From Coprothermobacterota bacterium (GTDB taxonomy: Bacteria > Coprothermobacterota > Coprothermobacteria > Coprothermobacterales > Coprothermobacteraceae), in NCBI GenBank assembly GCA_036679065.1, contig JAZIGN010000003.1, positions 448,001 through 512,000 of the forward strand: DNA of 64,000 bases, read 5' to 3'. Positions 21,003 to 31,252 of the stretch are shown piece after piece; position 1 is the first letter of the stretch, and each line of letters opens with the position of its first letter. The notes under the pieces were generated by a model. The model worked only from the letters and a program-made list of their open reading frames with translations. It ran no database searches and was not told the DNA's origin. The position numbers and the translations under genes are program-made.

Positions 21003-21755
21003 TTAATTTGCCTCCTTTTCTATGAGTTCCAGTGTTTTTAAGTAGTGTTCTTCTTTGTCAATGTCGAACCCAAATTCCGGGCGAGAGGTAAACACAGGGT
21101 ACGCTTTAACATGAAAACGACTCTCAATCATTTTCCAGATGTAGGGTACATCCAGAGTACCAGTCACTGCTTTAAATATTGTCCCGAGCCCCAAAATGGT
21201 TGCCACCTTTAGAGGGCTTTTGCGGTTTCCCAACAAATCATCTGCTCTTTTCACTTCTCTCATAAAAAAGTCTTTTCTAATGAGAACCCCATTGGCCAGT
21301 TTAAAGTAGCCTTCTTTTAGTTTCACGTAGGTACGAGGAGCTCCAGGAAATGCTTGTTCGATACTCTCTTTGGGTACAATGAGCACATAGATGTCGCGCT
21401 CTCCCCCCTCCTGAGCTTCTTTTATGAGCTGTTTAATGCTTTCTGCTGTAACAAAAGGCATGTCAGCTGACAGAACGAGCAGGAATTCTGTGTCAAGTTC
21501 TTGAGCCGCATTTGTCAAAGTTTCGGCAATGTTGGATGTGGCATCAACATGTGGTTCTAAATGGTACTTTTCTGCTAACCATGAATCCGTAGCAATAACG
21601 CAAGGAAGGTTTGTCTCTTTGACACCGTTCCAAGTGTGAACAATTAAAGGCGTTTCATTCTCCACTGGCAGCTCCAATTTGGTTTGTACACCGTACTTTT
21701 CCACCCAATCCTCCTTGGATGAACCAGCTAACACTAATATGCCAATGTCCATCAT
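21003..21755 (-). CDS. MobA-like nucleotidyltransferase (NTP_transf_3)
   Basis: ILVLAG, K, SADMPF, FDIDK; coupled to ispE stop by ATGA overlap. Confidence 0.75.
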   Translation of the reverse strand: MMDIGILVLAGSSKEDWVEKYGVQTKLELPVENETPLIVHTWNGVKETNLPCVIATDSWLAEKYHLEPHVDATSNIAETLTNAAQELDTEFLLVLSADMPFVTAESIKQLIKEAQEGGERDIYVLIVPKESIEQAFPGAPRTYVKLKEGYFKLANGVLIRKDFFMREVKRADDLLGNRKSPLKVATILGLGTIFKAVTGTLDVPYIWKMIESRFHVKAYPVFTSRPEFGFDIDKEEHYLKTLELIEKEAN

Positions 21756-22492
21756 TTTGGCGACCACCTTTCTATTAAGAATATTCTAAAGGGTAAATCA
21801 GGATACTTCCTTACCTTCGCCAAAGGTGCAAAGAATGCAGAGCCGGAACCCGTCATGATAAAGGGCCCGAAGGACATTAAATGCTCACGCAAATCCCTTA
21901 AAGTTGCATCCAAATAATGTTCAAACACATTGCCAAAGCAGCTTTCGAAAGTATCTTTGTCACCCTCTTTTAAAGCTCTCAAAGCTTGTTCTGTATAATC
22001 AGTTGTTACTGGATTAGCATCCCACCTACGGTACAACTCTTTAGTTTCAGCAAGGAAAGGTGGAAACACGACCAGAAGCTCTAAAGGAAAAGGTAATTCC
22101 AAAGGTTTTATATTTGTTTGGTCTCCTTCTACCAAAGCTAGCTTACTGCTGTCTAGCAGAAAGTAAGCATCACGGCTGGAGGGCCTTACCCCAGTGTATG
22201 ATGCAATCAATGCATCATCTGCTGCTGAGCCTCCGAGACCATAACCTGTGGGTATGGACTGGAAGATGTACGCAGAACAAGGTTTTCTTAAATAGGTTTT
22301 ATAGGCTTTTGAGTTTGTGTAAGGTATATCAAGCTTTTCTATGCGAAAAAGTCCAGGATCCCTCCAGAAAAGCCCCTTAGTTTCTACGGGTATTTTTAAG
22401 AATAAGGATCTTATAAGATGCACTTCTCCCTGTGTTCCGATTATATCCAAGGTCAAATTGACTTTCCCTCTTATTTTTCTAAGCTCCGGCAT
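21752..22492 (-). CDS. ispE: divergent 4-diphosphocytidyl-2-C-methyl-D-erythritol kinase (GHMP kinase)
   Basis: GKVNLTLDI, H..RS, IPTGYGLGGSAAD, GNVFE, MTGSGS; shorter than usual. Confidence 0.75.
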   Translation of the reverse strand: MPELRKIRGKVNLTLDIIGTQGEVHLIRSLFLKIPVETKGLFWRDPGLFRIEKLDIPYTNSKAYKTYLRKPCSAYIFQSIPTGYGLGGSAADDALIASYTGVRPSSRDAYFLLDSSKLALVEGDQTNIKPLELPFPLELLVVFPPFLAETKELYRRWDANPVTTDYTEQALRALKEGDKDTFESCFGNVFEHYLDATLRDLREHLMSFGPFIMTGSGSAFFAPLAKVRKYPDLPFRIFLIERWSPK

Positions 22493-22622
22493 TTTGTTCT
22501 CCCTCAAGAAAACAGCGCGTTTCTCATGAAAGCTTCATTGCCTATTAGTACATTCTCTACTGAACAGGTTTTGTTAGCAATGTCTTGATAATGCTATTAT
22601 ACATACATGGGAGGTGCAAACC

Positions 22623-23993
22623 TTGACTATCGACGAGGTAATGAAATGCATCAAGGATGAGGGAATTTCTCAGGTTGATCTGAAGACTACTGACATTTGG
22701 GGAAGATGGCGGCATGTGACTTTGGCCAGTACGTATTTTAGTGAAAAAACGTTTACCGAGGGTGTGGGGTTTGATGCCTCGAACCTGGGGTATGGAAATG
22801 TGGTCCAAAGTGACTTGCTCATGATTCCAGACCCCAGTACGGCCTTTATTGAGGAACGAGAAGGGCAAAGACTTATCTCCATGATATGTGATGTTTACAG
22901 CGTTGATAATGGAAAACCCAGCCCGCTGGATCCCAGAGGGATCTTGCGTAAAGCGGTTAGTTCTATTTCAGACGTTGCTGAAAACGTCATGTTGGCACCC
23001 GAGTATGAGTTCCATGTATTCAACAGCGTGGCTTTTAACTTGGCACCTAACGAAGTGTTCTATGGTGTAGACGGTGAAGAGGGTTTCTGGAACGAAGGTG
23101 TAACTGGAGAATACATTATTGGTAAGAAAGGTGGCTATCACCAAGTTACACCATTTGACACTTTGGCTACCCTGCGGGGAGCCATTGTGGAGAGGTTAAT
23201 GAGCTTAGGAGTACCAGTGAAATATCACCATCATGAGGTGGGCACGTGTCAGGTGGAAATAGAACTGGATTTTTGCGATGCTTTGAAAGCTGCTGACTAT
23301 ACCATGCTTATCAAGTATGTGGCAAGAAACGTGGCAAAAAGGATGGGTTACGTGGTCAGTTTTATGCCAAAACCACTGTACGACGAAGCTGGAAATGGTA
23401 TGCACGTGCACCAGTACCTTGTCAAAAATAGTGTGAACATTTTTAGTGGTCAGGAGCTATTTGGATTGTCCAGCACGGCACTTTCGTACATTGCTGGTGT
23501 CCTCACTCATGGCAAGTCTTTAATGGCTTTTACAAACCCTACTACAAACTCATATCGAAGACTTACTCCAGGTTTTGAGGCACCCACTACAGCTGTCTTT
23601 GGGTTGGGTAACCGAACTGCGGCTGTGAGGATTCCAGCTTATGTGAAAGATCCTTCAAAGGTAAGAATCGAGTTTAGAACCATCGATGCGACTACAAATC
23701 CGTATCTGGGATTTGCTGCCATGGTTTTGGCTGGTGTGGACGGAATACGTCGTGGGCTTGATCCCGTATCTTTGGGTTATGGCCCAGTTGAGGACTCTGC
23801 AGAAGGTAGGGGAGAACAGCTAGCTACGTCTTTAAGTGAGGCATGTGATGCATTGCTTAAAGATAACGGTTACCTAAGTGGTGTATTCCCTGAAGCACTC
23901 ATTGAAAGGTGGACCCAGAAGAAGCTTCAGGAAGAGCGAGAAGTAAATCGTGTCCCAAATGCCTTGGAATTCAAGCTGTATTTTGACGTTTGA
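22623..23993 (+). CDS. glnA: glutamine synthetase type I
   Basis: FDAS, HHHEVG, FMPKP, GNGMHVH, NSYRRLTPGFEAP, NRTAAVRIP, RIEFR. TTG 22623 follows SD GGGAGGTG; ORF track starts at 22614. Confidence 0.93.
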   Translation: MTIDEVMKCIKDEGISQVDLKTTDIWGRWRHVTLASTYFSEKTFTEGVGFDASNLGYGNVVQSDLLMIPDPSTAFIEEREGQRLISMICDVYSVDNGKPSPLDPRGILRKAVSSISDVAENVMLAPEYEFHVFNSVAFNLAPNEVFYGVDGEEGFWNEGVTGEYIIGKKGGYHQVTPFDTLATLRGAIVERLMSLGVPVKYHHHEVGTCQVEIELDFCDALKAADYTMLIKYVARNVAKRMGYVVSFMPKPLYDEAGNGMHVHQYLVKNSVNIFSGQELFGLSSTALSYIAGVLTHGKSLMAFTNPTTNSYRRLTPGFEAPTTAVFGLGNRTAAVRIPAYVKDPSKVRIEFRTIDATTNPYLGFAAMVLAGVDGIRRGLDPVSLGYGPVEDSAEGRGEQLATSLSEACDALLKDNGYLSGVFPEALIERWTQKKLQEEREVNRVPNALEFKLYFDV

Positions 23994-24819
23994 CCAAAGT
24001 AGCCCATCTAACATATTGTTCTACTGTAATTTGTTCTGGCCGGAGGCTGGTATCAATACCAGCCTCTTCTGCTTTTTTTAGTAATAAAGGTTCTTTCTTT
24101 AATCCGCTTCTTAACATTTTCCTGCGCTGCTGGAATGCTCTCTTTACTACGTGTTCCAACACTTCAGGATCAACGACTTCCTCATATCCGTAGATTCCTT
24201 CTAGTTTGACTACCACTGAGTCAACTTCAGGTGCTGGATAAAAACAATTTTTAGTGACATGGAACAACATTTCAGGCTTGGTAAAACTCTGTACAAACAC
24301 ACTTAAGGCTCCATAGGTTTTTGATCCAGGATTTGCTACCATGCGTGCGCCCAGTTCTTTCTGAACCATGAATACCATGGTTTTGGGCTTCATTTGAAAG
24401 AATACTTTCTCCAATATGGGTGTTGTTATGTAGTAAGGTAGATTACCAACTACTGTGGGAATCTCTGTCGGCCGAGGTATCCACTTTAAGAAGTCTTCAT
24501 AAACAAAAACCACATTTGGAAAATCAGCTGTGATCATGTTGTGCAGTGCTTTCAGACGCTGATCAATCTCAATAGCTATGACGTTCTTGTAGTGTGAAGC
24601 AAGTCTTACTGTGAGCATGCCAGTGCCTGCGCCTATTTCCACAGCCACATCGTCATGTCCAGCTGCAGCAACGATCTTGTCTGCTACGTGATCGCAGATC
24701 AAGAAAGACTGACCCAATGTTTTCTTAGGGCTAATGGAAAACTGTTTAAGAAGTTGAGGAATGTCTAATCCTTGCCAAGGACGTAAACTTTTACCACTCT
24801 GCGGCCCCACTGGTAGCAT
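23971..24819 (-). CDS. rsmA: 16S rRNA dimethyladenosine transferase
   Basis: KKTLGQSFL, EIGAGTG, EID, NLPYYITTP, MVQKE, F.PAPEVDS, QRRKML; start uncertain. Confidence 0.92.
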   Translation of the reverse strand: MLPVGPQSGKSLRPWQGLDIPQLLKQFSISPKKTLGQSFLICDHVADKIVAAAGHDDVAVEIGAGTGMLTVRLASHYKNVIAIEIDQRLKALHNMITADFPNVVFVYEDFLKWIPRPTEIPTVVGNLPYYITTPILEKVFFQMKPKTMVFMVQKELGARMVANPGSKTYGALSVFVQSFTKPEMLFHVTKNCFYPAPEVDSVVVKLEGIYGYEEVVDPEVLEHVVKRAFQQRRKMLRSGLKKEPLLLKKAEEAGIDTSLRPEQITVEQYVRWATLVKRQNTA

Positions 24820-25514
24820 TCCTTCACAGTGTTAAAGTACACATCTATTCTGTTTCCCTTTATCTTGCCACCTACATCTTCTGCCACAGCATAACCGTAG
24901 CCTTCAATGTAAAGTTTTGTACCTAAAGGGATTACCTTTGGATCTACGGCAACTACTCCGTAGCGCACACGGGTTCCCATGGCGGTACGGGTGCCAATGC
25001 CTGGTTCTTCAGCGCTGTACGCGGTAGCTACCATGAGTATTTCTTGCGCTTCACCTCTGTAAGTTCCTTGTCCCAGTGCTACCACCTTATCTCTTCCTTG
25101 CTGCACGATCTGCTCTTTAATCAGTTTGCGTTCCACAACTTTGCCATCTACTTTTTTAATCTGCCAAGTTTGTTGTTTTATTGTGGGAGCGCCAGAGCTT
25201 AGAACAGCACTTCTACCGCGAGCTACCGTGTTGGATGGCTGTACTATGACTTTTGGGGGAATGTAAACGTAGTTCACATTTGTAGTAACCTCAACGCTTT
25301 GCACTAGCAGTACATTGCCTTGCTTCTTAACTTCAAAATTACTGCCTGTGGCACTTATGACTTTAAGAATATTTTTGTCCGAATAAGGAGTGGTAAGCTT
25401 TAAGGTCTTGCCTTGCATTTTTACCGTTTGGGTGGGCATAGGTAGCGTAGTAAAGCCCTTGGCAGGCACCAAGGTTAAAGAAAACAGTAGCAGGACGCAA
25501 GCAATAATCTTCAT
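24765..25514 (-). CDS. G5 and 3D domain cell-wall protein (YabE-like)
   Basis: Signal peptide, G5-like segment, ATAYS, VAVDPKVIPLGT, AEDVGG.IKGNRIDV. Confidence 0.85.
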   Translation of the reverse strand: MKIIACVLLLFSLTLVPAKGFTTLPMPTQTVKMQGKTLKLTTPYSDKNILKVISATGSNFEVKKQGNVLLVQSVEVTTNVNYVYIPPKVIVQPSNTVARGRSAVLSSGAPTIKQQTWQIKKVDGKVVERKLIKEQIVQQGRDKVVALGQGTYRGEAQEILMVATAYSAEEPGIGTRTAMGTRVRYGVVAVDPKVIPLGTKLYIEGYGYAVAEDVGGKIKGNRIDVYFNTVKECYQWGRRVVKVYVLGKD

Positions 25515-25597
25515 AACCGATCCACCTCACAATTTGCAGGATTTAACTTGTCTAAGAAAATGTTATGCTACATTATAGCATATAGGGAGGTGGTACC

Positions 25598-26983
25598 TTG
25601 TTTGCTAAGGATGACTTGCAAAAGGTAGCCCAGGAGTTATCAGATATAACCCCTGATTTTTTTGACATTTTTATAGAGGAAAGAAGTAACAAGTCTTTGG
25701 TTCTAGAAAGCCAGAAGTTGGAAAGGCCATCTGCGGGCACTGTATTCGGTGCCAGTTTAAGGGTTATTGTCAACGGGGCGACTTATTTCTCCGTGGTAGA
25801 TAATCCGACGTTGGAGGGCATGTTTAATGCAGCGAGAGAACTTAAAAGTAGCGTGAAGCATACAGTTGCAGAACCGGGTAAAGTATTTACCATAAAGACT
25901 GTTGAGCCACCGTTAAAGAAAAATCCGTGGACACCATGGCAAGAACTTGGTGAAGTTGCCGATTATTTGAAAGCCACTGACGAATGTGCAAGAAGCTACG
26001 ATCCAAAGGTAGTTCAAGTTACTTCTTACATTAATCAAGAAGTTTCCCGTGTGCAAATACTAAACAGTTTGGGTAACTTTGCTGAGGAAGAGCGTAGTCG
26101 TACTAGGGCTTTTTGCCTTGTGTACGCCAGTGATGGAACTGCTGTGGAAGTTGGCTCTGACAATCAAGGCAAAATAGGGGGGTTAGAGCTACTCGCCCAT
26201 TATCCTCCTGAGTCCTTAGCGGCAAATGCTGCTAAGGTAGCTGTGTCTAAACTAAGCGCTGTTACTGCTCCCAGTGGGGAGTTTCCTGTCATATTGGGCC
26301 CCGGATTCGGTGGTGTCATATTCCACGAGGCTATTGGACACAGTCTAGAAGCTGACGGTATAAGAAAACAAGTTTCAGTCATGCGAGGAAAACTAGGTGA
26401 ACGCTTGGCAAGTCCTAAAGTAACACTGATTGATTCAGGTATAGTACCTGACGAATGGGGTTCCAATGCCTTCGACGATGAGGGATTTCCCAATCAGGAA
26501 ACTGTCTTAATAAAAGATGGCATTTTAGTCTCCTACATGAGTGACTACTTGGAGCACTTGCTTACCGGTTTTCCCCATACCGCTAACGGTCGTCGTGAAA
26601 GTTATGAATACATTCCTTACCCACGCATGAGGAACACTTTCATAAAACCTGGAAAAGACACATTCGAAGACATGCTTACTTCTATTAAGAAGGGCTTGCT
26701 CGCCTTGAAATTTGGTGGAGGTCAAGTGGACCCAGTTACTGGTAACTTCATCTTCGGTGTTACTGAAGGTTATCTTATTGAAGATGGCAAGGTTACATCA
26801 CCTATCAAGGATGTGAGCATGGTTGGCAACGGTTTAACCATATTGGAAAACATTGAGGCAGTGAGCGGTGAGGAAGACATGGATTTCATGCCAGGCATGT
26901 GCGGCAAGGAAGGGCAATCGGTTCCGGCTGGAATTGGAGAACCCTACGTTATGGTTTCTCGCATTCTCATAGGAGGTGAGTAG
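25598..26983 (+). CDS. tldD: TldD metalloprotease
   Basis: FHEAIGHSLEAD, FDDEG, NGRRES, PRMRNT, GGQVD, CGKEGQ; TTG start after GGAGGTG. Confidence 0.92.
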   Translation: MFAKDDLQKVAQELSDITPDFFDIFIEERSNKSLVLESQKLERPSAGTVFGASLRVIVNGATYFSVVDNPTLEGMFNAARELKSSVKHTVAEPGKVFTIKTVEPPLKKNPWTPWQELGEVADYLKATDECARSYDPKVVQVTSYINQEVSRVQILNSLGNFAEEERSRTRAFCLVYASDGTAVEVGSDNQGKIGGLELLAHYPPESLAANAAKVAVSKLSAVTAPSGEFPVILGPGFGGVIFHEAIGHSLEADGIRKQVSVMRGKLGERLASPKVTLIDSGIVPDEWGSNAFDDEGFPNQETVLIKDGILVSYMSDYLEHLLTGFPHTANGRRESYEYIPYPRMRNTFIKPGKDTFEDMLTSIKKGLLALKFGGGQVDPVTGNFIFGVTEGYLIEDGKVTSPIKDVSMVGNGLTILENIEAVSGEEDMDFMPGMCGKEGQSVPAGIGEPYVMVSRILIGGE

Positions 26984-28277
26984 TTTGGAGCTAAAAAAGT
27001 ACATTGATTACATAGCAAAAGACAAAGGTGATGGTGACATCTTTTACACGCATTCCACAAGCAAAACTATAAGAATGGGTTGCTTAGATGGAAAAGTGTT
27101 TTTGGAGGAGGTTTCGTCAAAGGAAACTTCAGGATACGGCGTGAGAATTTTTAAAGAGGGGCGAACAGGTTTCAGCTTTGGTAACAAGACCGATGAAGAG
27201 AGCGTTCTGCAAACTATTGACTATGCTGAACAAGCTTCACAACTTGGGGAGCCTTTAGCTGTGGAATTACCCCGTAACGAAGGGAAACAAGAGGAATCTG
27301 CGAAGCCGGAAAGGGATCTCAATGAAATCTTGGAAACGATTAGCGAAATCTTTCTTTCTAAAGGCGTTAAGAAATTCGAGGCCACTGCTGGAATAGAAAC
27401 TTCTTTTTGGCAATTGGTTAACACTGCGGGGACAGATGTGACCTCCAGTGAGAGTGGTTATTCGGTTGTGGTCATGCCGGTGGTGTCAGGTGAAGGTGAA
27501 AACGCCAACTATTGGTTTTCTGTAACAAATGATCCCCAGACCCTTGACTTGAATGAAATAGTTCTGCGTTCGTTGAACCGCGCTTACAGTTCTCTGGATG
27601 GGAAAAGTATGAGTTTCAAGGGCTTACCAGTAGTTTTTGACTCCTTGGAGTGGGCTGAGCTGTTAGGATTTTTGTTGGATTCCTTCGGTGGCAAGAACGT
27701 GGAGAGGCAGAAGAGTTGCTTTTCTGGAAAGGTGGGGCAACGAGTCCTATCGGAGCATCTCAGCCTGAAGCTGGAAAACAGTCATCCAAAGGTGCTTGGT
27801 AAGTATTTCTTCGACCATGAAGGTGTAAGCGTAAAACCTGCTTTCTTACTCAAAGATGGTACATTTGTTGAGCCTTACTACGGCCTAGCTGCCGCCGCTG
27901 AATTCGGCAAAGAGCCTACGGGTGTTGGACATCGATTTTCCTTCCGAACACAACCAAACGACGTTCCATTCATTTGTCACGTGCAAGTGCAGGGGTTACC
28001 ATCTCTTGATTCACTGGATAAGTATTTGCTCGTTACTTCCTTGAAGGGCATACATTCTGGATTAAACGCTGTAAGTGGTGCTTTTTCCATAGGAGCTGAT
28101 GGCACCTTGGTAAGCGGAGCAGAACGTGTTCCTTTGAGCGGTATTACTCTAAGTGGCAACATTTGGGATGTCCTTAACAATATCATAGCGGCTACTCCCG
28201 AGGAAGAGGCGGTACCTTCTAGCACGTGGCTAGTAAGTCCATTGGTAGCACTGGATGGCATAACAGTTACTGGTTAG
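26976..28277 (+). CDS. pmbA: PmbA/TldE protein
   Basis: FDHEG, GIHSGLNAVSGAFS, SGN, SP; lacks HExxH; coupled to tldD. Confidence 0.82.
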   Translation: MSSLELKKYIDYIAKDKGDGDIFYTHSTSKTIRMGCLDGKVFLEEVSSKETSGYGVRIFKEGRTGFSFGNKTDEESVLQTIDYAEQASQLGEPLAVELPRNEGKQEESAKPERDLNEILETISEIFLSKGVKKFEATAGIETSFWQLVNTAGTDVTSSESGYSVVVMPVVSGEGENANYWFSVTNDPQTLDLNEIVLRSLNRAYSSLDGKSMSFKGLPVVFDSLEWAELLGFLLDSFGGKNVERQKSCFSGKVGQRVLSEHLSLKLENSHPKVLGKYFFDHEGVSVKPAFLLKDGTFVEPYYGLAAAAEFGKEPTGVGHRFSFRTQPNDVPFICHVQVQGLPSLDSLDKYLLVTSLKGIHSGLNAVSGAFSIGADGTLVSGAERVPLSGITLSGNIWDVLNNIIAATPEEEAVPSSTWLVSPLVALDGITVTG

Positions 28278-30111
28278 AAGATCGGTCCTTGCCACTTGAC
28301 CCTTTTCTGAGAGCAGATAGGATTACTGCAAGATCACTCATATGAACGCCTGCTAGCCGGGAGGCCTGACCCAAGGTGGATGGCTTTGTCTTTTTGAGGA
28401 CATCCAAAGCCTCTCGGCTAATAGGCAAACCGTCGTATTGAAAATCTTGCGGTATGTTCAGGTTTTCGAGCTTCTTGATAGAGTTTAGTAAGCTCATCTC
28501 TTTTTGCAAATACCCCTCGTATTTGACTTCTATTTCCACGGTGAGTTTTTCTTCATCGCTCAATACAGCAATTTCCGGTATAAACTGCTCCATATCACCT
28601 AAATGAACCTCAGGTCTTCTAAGTACGGTTTCGGCTTTCACAGGTTGTTTTAAAAATGGGAAATATGTAGGTGAGACGCTAGTTTCTTTCAGTTTGTTGA
28701 ATACTTCATCCATTTTTGTCTTTCGTTCTTGGACCTTTGAGTATTCGGCTTGAGTGAGAATGCCTCTAGAATGAGCCTTTTCTGCCAGGCGCCATATGGC
28801 GTTATCTTGCCTGTGAATCATACGAAATTCTGATCTGCTTGTTAGCATCCGATACGGCTCAGCTAGTTCTTTGGTGGTGAGTTCATCAATAAGGGTGCCA
28901 ATAAAACCTTCATGACGCAGTATGGTGAATGGTGGCTCTCCTAAGGCCTTCAATGCAGCATTTATACCAGCGATAATGCCTTGGGCAGCTGCTTCCTCGT
29001 AACCTGTGGTGCCATTTATCTGGCCAGCTAAGAATAAGTTCTTCACATGTTTTGCCTCCAACGTGATGTTTAGTTGCATTGGCCAAACCATGTCATAATC
29101 AACTGTATAACCTGGTCTTATGATTTCTACCTCTTCCAAACCTTCAATTGTCCTTAATACTTTCTGCTGAATATCTACAGGCAGTGAAATAGCTAGGCCA
29201 TTTGGGTATATCTCTGATGTACCCAAACCCACAGGTTCAAGGAAAATGAGATGTTCTGTTTTCTCGGGAAACCAAACAGCTTTTTCTTCTATGGAAGGAC
29301 AGTAGCGTGGTCCCACACGCACCATGGTGCTAGCACGAGAGGCTGTAAGGTTTATGTTCTCTCTTACTAAAGCCATGGTTCTGGCGTTAGTTCTTACCAT
29401 GTACACGGGTTTGTAACCAGGGGGATTTGGTTCTTCCCAGAATGAGAATGATAGACCTGGATCGTTCTCCTGTATGGTAGCTTTTGAGTAATCTATGGTT
29501 TTCTCATCAATTCTTGGAGTGGTTCCAGTGTTAAATCTGCCCATGGAGAAACCAAGCTTTTTAAGATCCTCCGAAATGCCTGTGGCAGGAAATTCTCCCC
29601 ATCTACCTGCTGGTTTGCTCCAGCTTGAAATGTAGATTCTGCCTTCTAAGAAGGTTCCTGTGGTAAGAATAACTGTTTTTCCTTCTATGTGGCGTCCATC
29701 TTCCGTTTTTACACCGTAAACAGTATTCTGGTCATAAAGTAGGCCATTCACATGGGCTTGCATGAGCTCCAAGTTCTTTGTTTGACTCAATCTATTGAGC
29801 ATTTCACTGGGGTAAAGATATTTGTCCACTTGTGCTCTGTTAGCCCAAACAGCGGGTCCTTTGCTCTTGTTTAGTACACGCGCTTGAATGTAAGAACGGT
29901 TTGTTACTCTACCCATGAGCCCGCCTAAGGCGTCTATTTCTCTGACCAGCTGAGATTTACCTGGACCTCCAATAGCTGGGTTGCAGGGTAAAAGTGCCAC
30001 TGTATCAATGAAACTCGTTATTAAGAGAGTTTTTGCGCCTAGTTTTGCAGCTATGTGAGCAGCTTCACAGCCTGCATGGCCTGCTCCCACTACAATCACG
30101 TCATAAGACAT
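28267..30111 (-). CDS. mnmG: tRNA uridine 5-carboxymethylaminomethyl modification enzyme
   Basis: GAGHAGCEAA, CNPAIGG, TGTTPR, GPRYCPSIE, AGQINGTTGYEEAAAQG, EPYRMLTSRSE. Confidence 0.96.
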   Translation of the reverse strand: MSYDVIVVGAGHAGCEAAHIAAKLGAKTLLITSFIDTVALLPCNPAIGGPGKSQLVREIDALGGLMGRVTNRSYIQARVLNKSKGPAVWANRAQVDKYLYPSEMLNRLSQTKNLELMQAHVNGLLYDQNTVYGVKTEDGRHIEGKTVILTTGTFLEGRIYISSWSKPAGRWGEFPATGISEDLKKLGFSMGRFNTGTTPRIDEKTIDYSKATIQENDPGLSFSFWEEPNPPGYKPVYMVRTNARTMALVRENINLTASRASTMVRVGPRYCPSIEEKAVWFPEKTEHLIFLEPVGLGTSEIYPNGLAISLPVDIQQKVLRTIEGLEEVEIIRPGYTVDYDMVWPMQLNITLEAKHVKNLFLAGQINGTTGYEEAAAQGIIAGINAALKALGEPPFTILRHEGFIGTLIDELTTKELAEPYRMLTSRSEFRMIHRQDNAIWRLAEKAHSRGILTQAEYSKVQERKTKMDEVFNKLKETSVSPTYFPFLKQPVKAETVLRRPEVHLGDMEQFIPEIAVLSDEEKLTVEIEVKYEGYLQKEMSLLNSIKKLENLNIPQDFQYDGLPISREALDVLKKTKPSTLGQASRLAGVHMSDLAVILSALRKGSSGKDRSSNQ

Positions 30112-30135
30112 CGTACTCTTTACTCCCTCCGACTT

Positions 30136-31179
30136 TCACTCTTTAGTAGTGCGTGCATTCAATATGATACCTGCCCATTGGACTTTATCACCCTCGTAAG
30201 CCACAGCAATCTGGCCAGGGGTTATAGCCCTTACTGGTTGACTGAATCTTACGCTTAGGATGGGTTCATTACTCTGCTCTACGAAAGCTGGTACAGAATG
30301 TGCTCTGTATCGGATTTTTATTTCAACTTGCCGGGTAAGTGCAGAGAATTGATTCATCATTACCACGGTCATATGTTCGGAGAAAAGCTCTTCGGACGTT
30401 CCTACGTGAACGGTGTTACTGATAGGATCTATCTTTTTAACATAGAGTGGCTCTCTGTGAGCAACGCCTAAGCCACGTCGTTGCCCCACAGTGTAATAAG
30501 GGTAACCCCTGTGTTCTCCTATGATGTGACCACGAAAGATTATGGGTCCCGGCTTTGTTACTTCACTGATATTCTGCGTTATGAATTGTTCCATGCCTCC
30601 GTGAGGCATGAAGCATATGTCTTGGCTGCTTCTTGGGACGTGCTTTATCCCATGTGAGTGAGCGTAGCTTATCACTTCTTCGCGCGTCAGTTCGCCTAAT
30701 GGGAACAAGACCTTTGCCAAAACCTGCTTTTCTACAAGTGCAAGCATATAGGATTGATCTTTCCACGAGTCTATTGCCTTGTAAAGGTTTCCCTCTCTTT
30801 GACGAGCATAATGACCAGTCGCTACAGCATCAAAGCCTTTTTGCATGGCTAGTTCTACAAAAGCACCGATTTTTACACAGCGATTGCAGAACACACAGGG
30901 GTTTGGGGTAAGACCTTTTTTCACCATGGCTTTAAATATGTTAATTACGTGTTTCTGGAAGGTTTCCGTTAGATCCCAGACCTCAAAAGGAACGCCTTGG
31001 TTCATAGCGACACGTTTGGCTAGTAACTGGCTGTCCACAGAGCAGCAGGTTTTTTCCTGGTATTCTCCCTCTGGTAACATATTTAAGAAAACAGCTGTCA
31101 CATGGTGGCCTTCTTCCTTGAGGCGTAGTAAGCTTACGGTGGAATCGATGCCACCTGATAGTCCTACTGCAATTTTCAT
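30136..31179 (-). CDS. mnmA: tRNA 2-thiouridine(34) synthase
   Basis: SGGIDS, TPNPCVFCN, ATGHYAR, KDQSY, SQDICF, YTVGQRRG, TPGQ; real start ATG 31179. Confidence 0.95.
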   Translation of the reverse strand: MKIAVGLSGGIDSTVSLLRLKEEGHHVTAVFLNMLPEGEYQEKTCCSVDSQLLAKRVAMNQGVPFEVWDLTETFQKHVINIFKAMVKKGLTPNPCVFCNRCVKIGAFVELAMQKGFDAVATGHYARQREGNLYKAIDSWKDQSYMLALVEKQVLAKVLFPLGELTREEVISYAHSHGIKHVPRSSQDICFMPHGGMEQFITQNISEVTKPGPIIFRGHIIGEHRGYPYYTVGQRRGLGVAHREPLYVKKIDPISNTVHVGTSEELFSEHMTVVMMNQFSALTRQVEIKIRYRAHSVPAFVEQSNEPILSVRFSQPVRAITPGQIAVAYEGDKVQWAGIILNARTTKE

Positions 31180-31209
31180 GGTAAAACATATTATACTATG
31201 TTGTACTGG

Positions 31210-31226
31210 ACCCCCTATGAGGGGGT
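31210..31226. promoter_or_regulatory. CsoR/CstR-type operator-like inverted repeat in the mnmA/sufT divergent promoter
   Basis: ACCCCCT-ATG-AGGGGGT perfect 7-bp inverted repeat of C/G tracts followed by ATAT, between two divergent -10-like boxes. Confidence 0.55.
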
Positions 31227-31252
31227 ATATTATAACCATGGAGGTGTACGTA

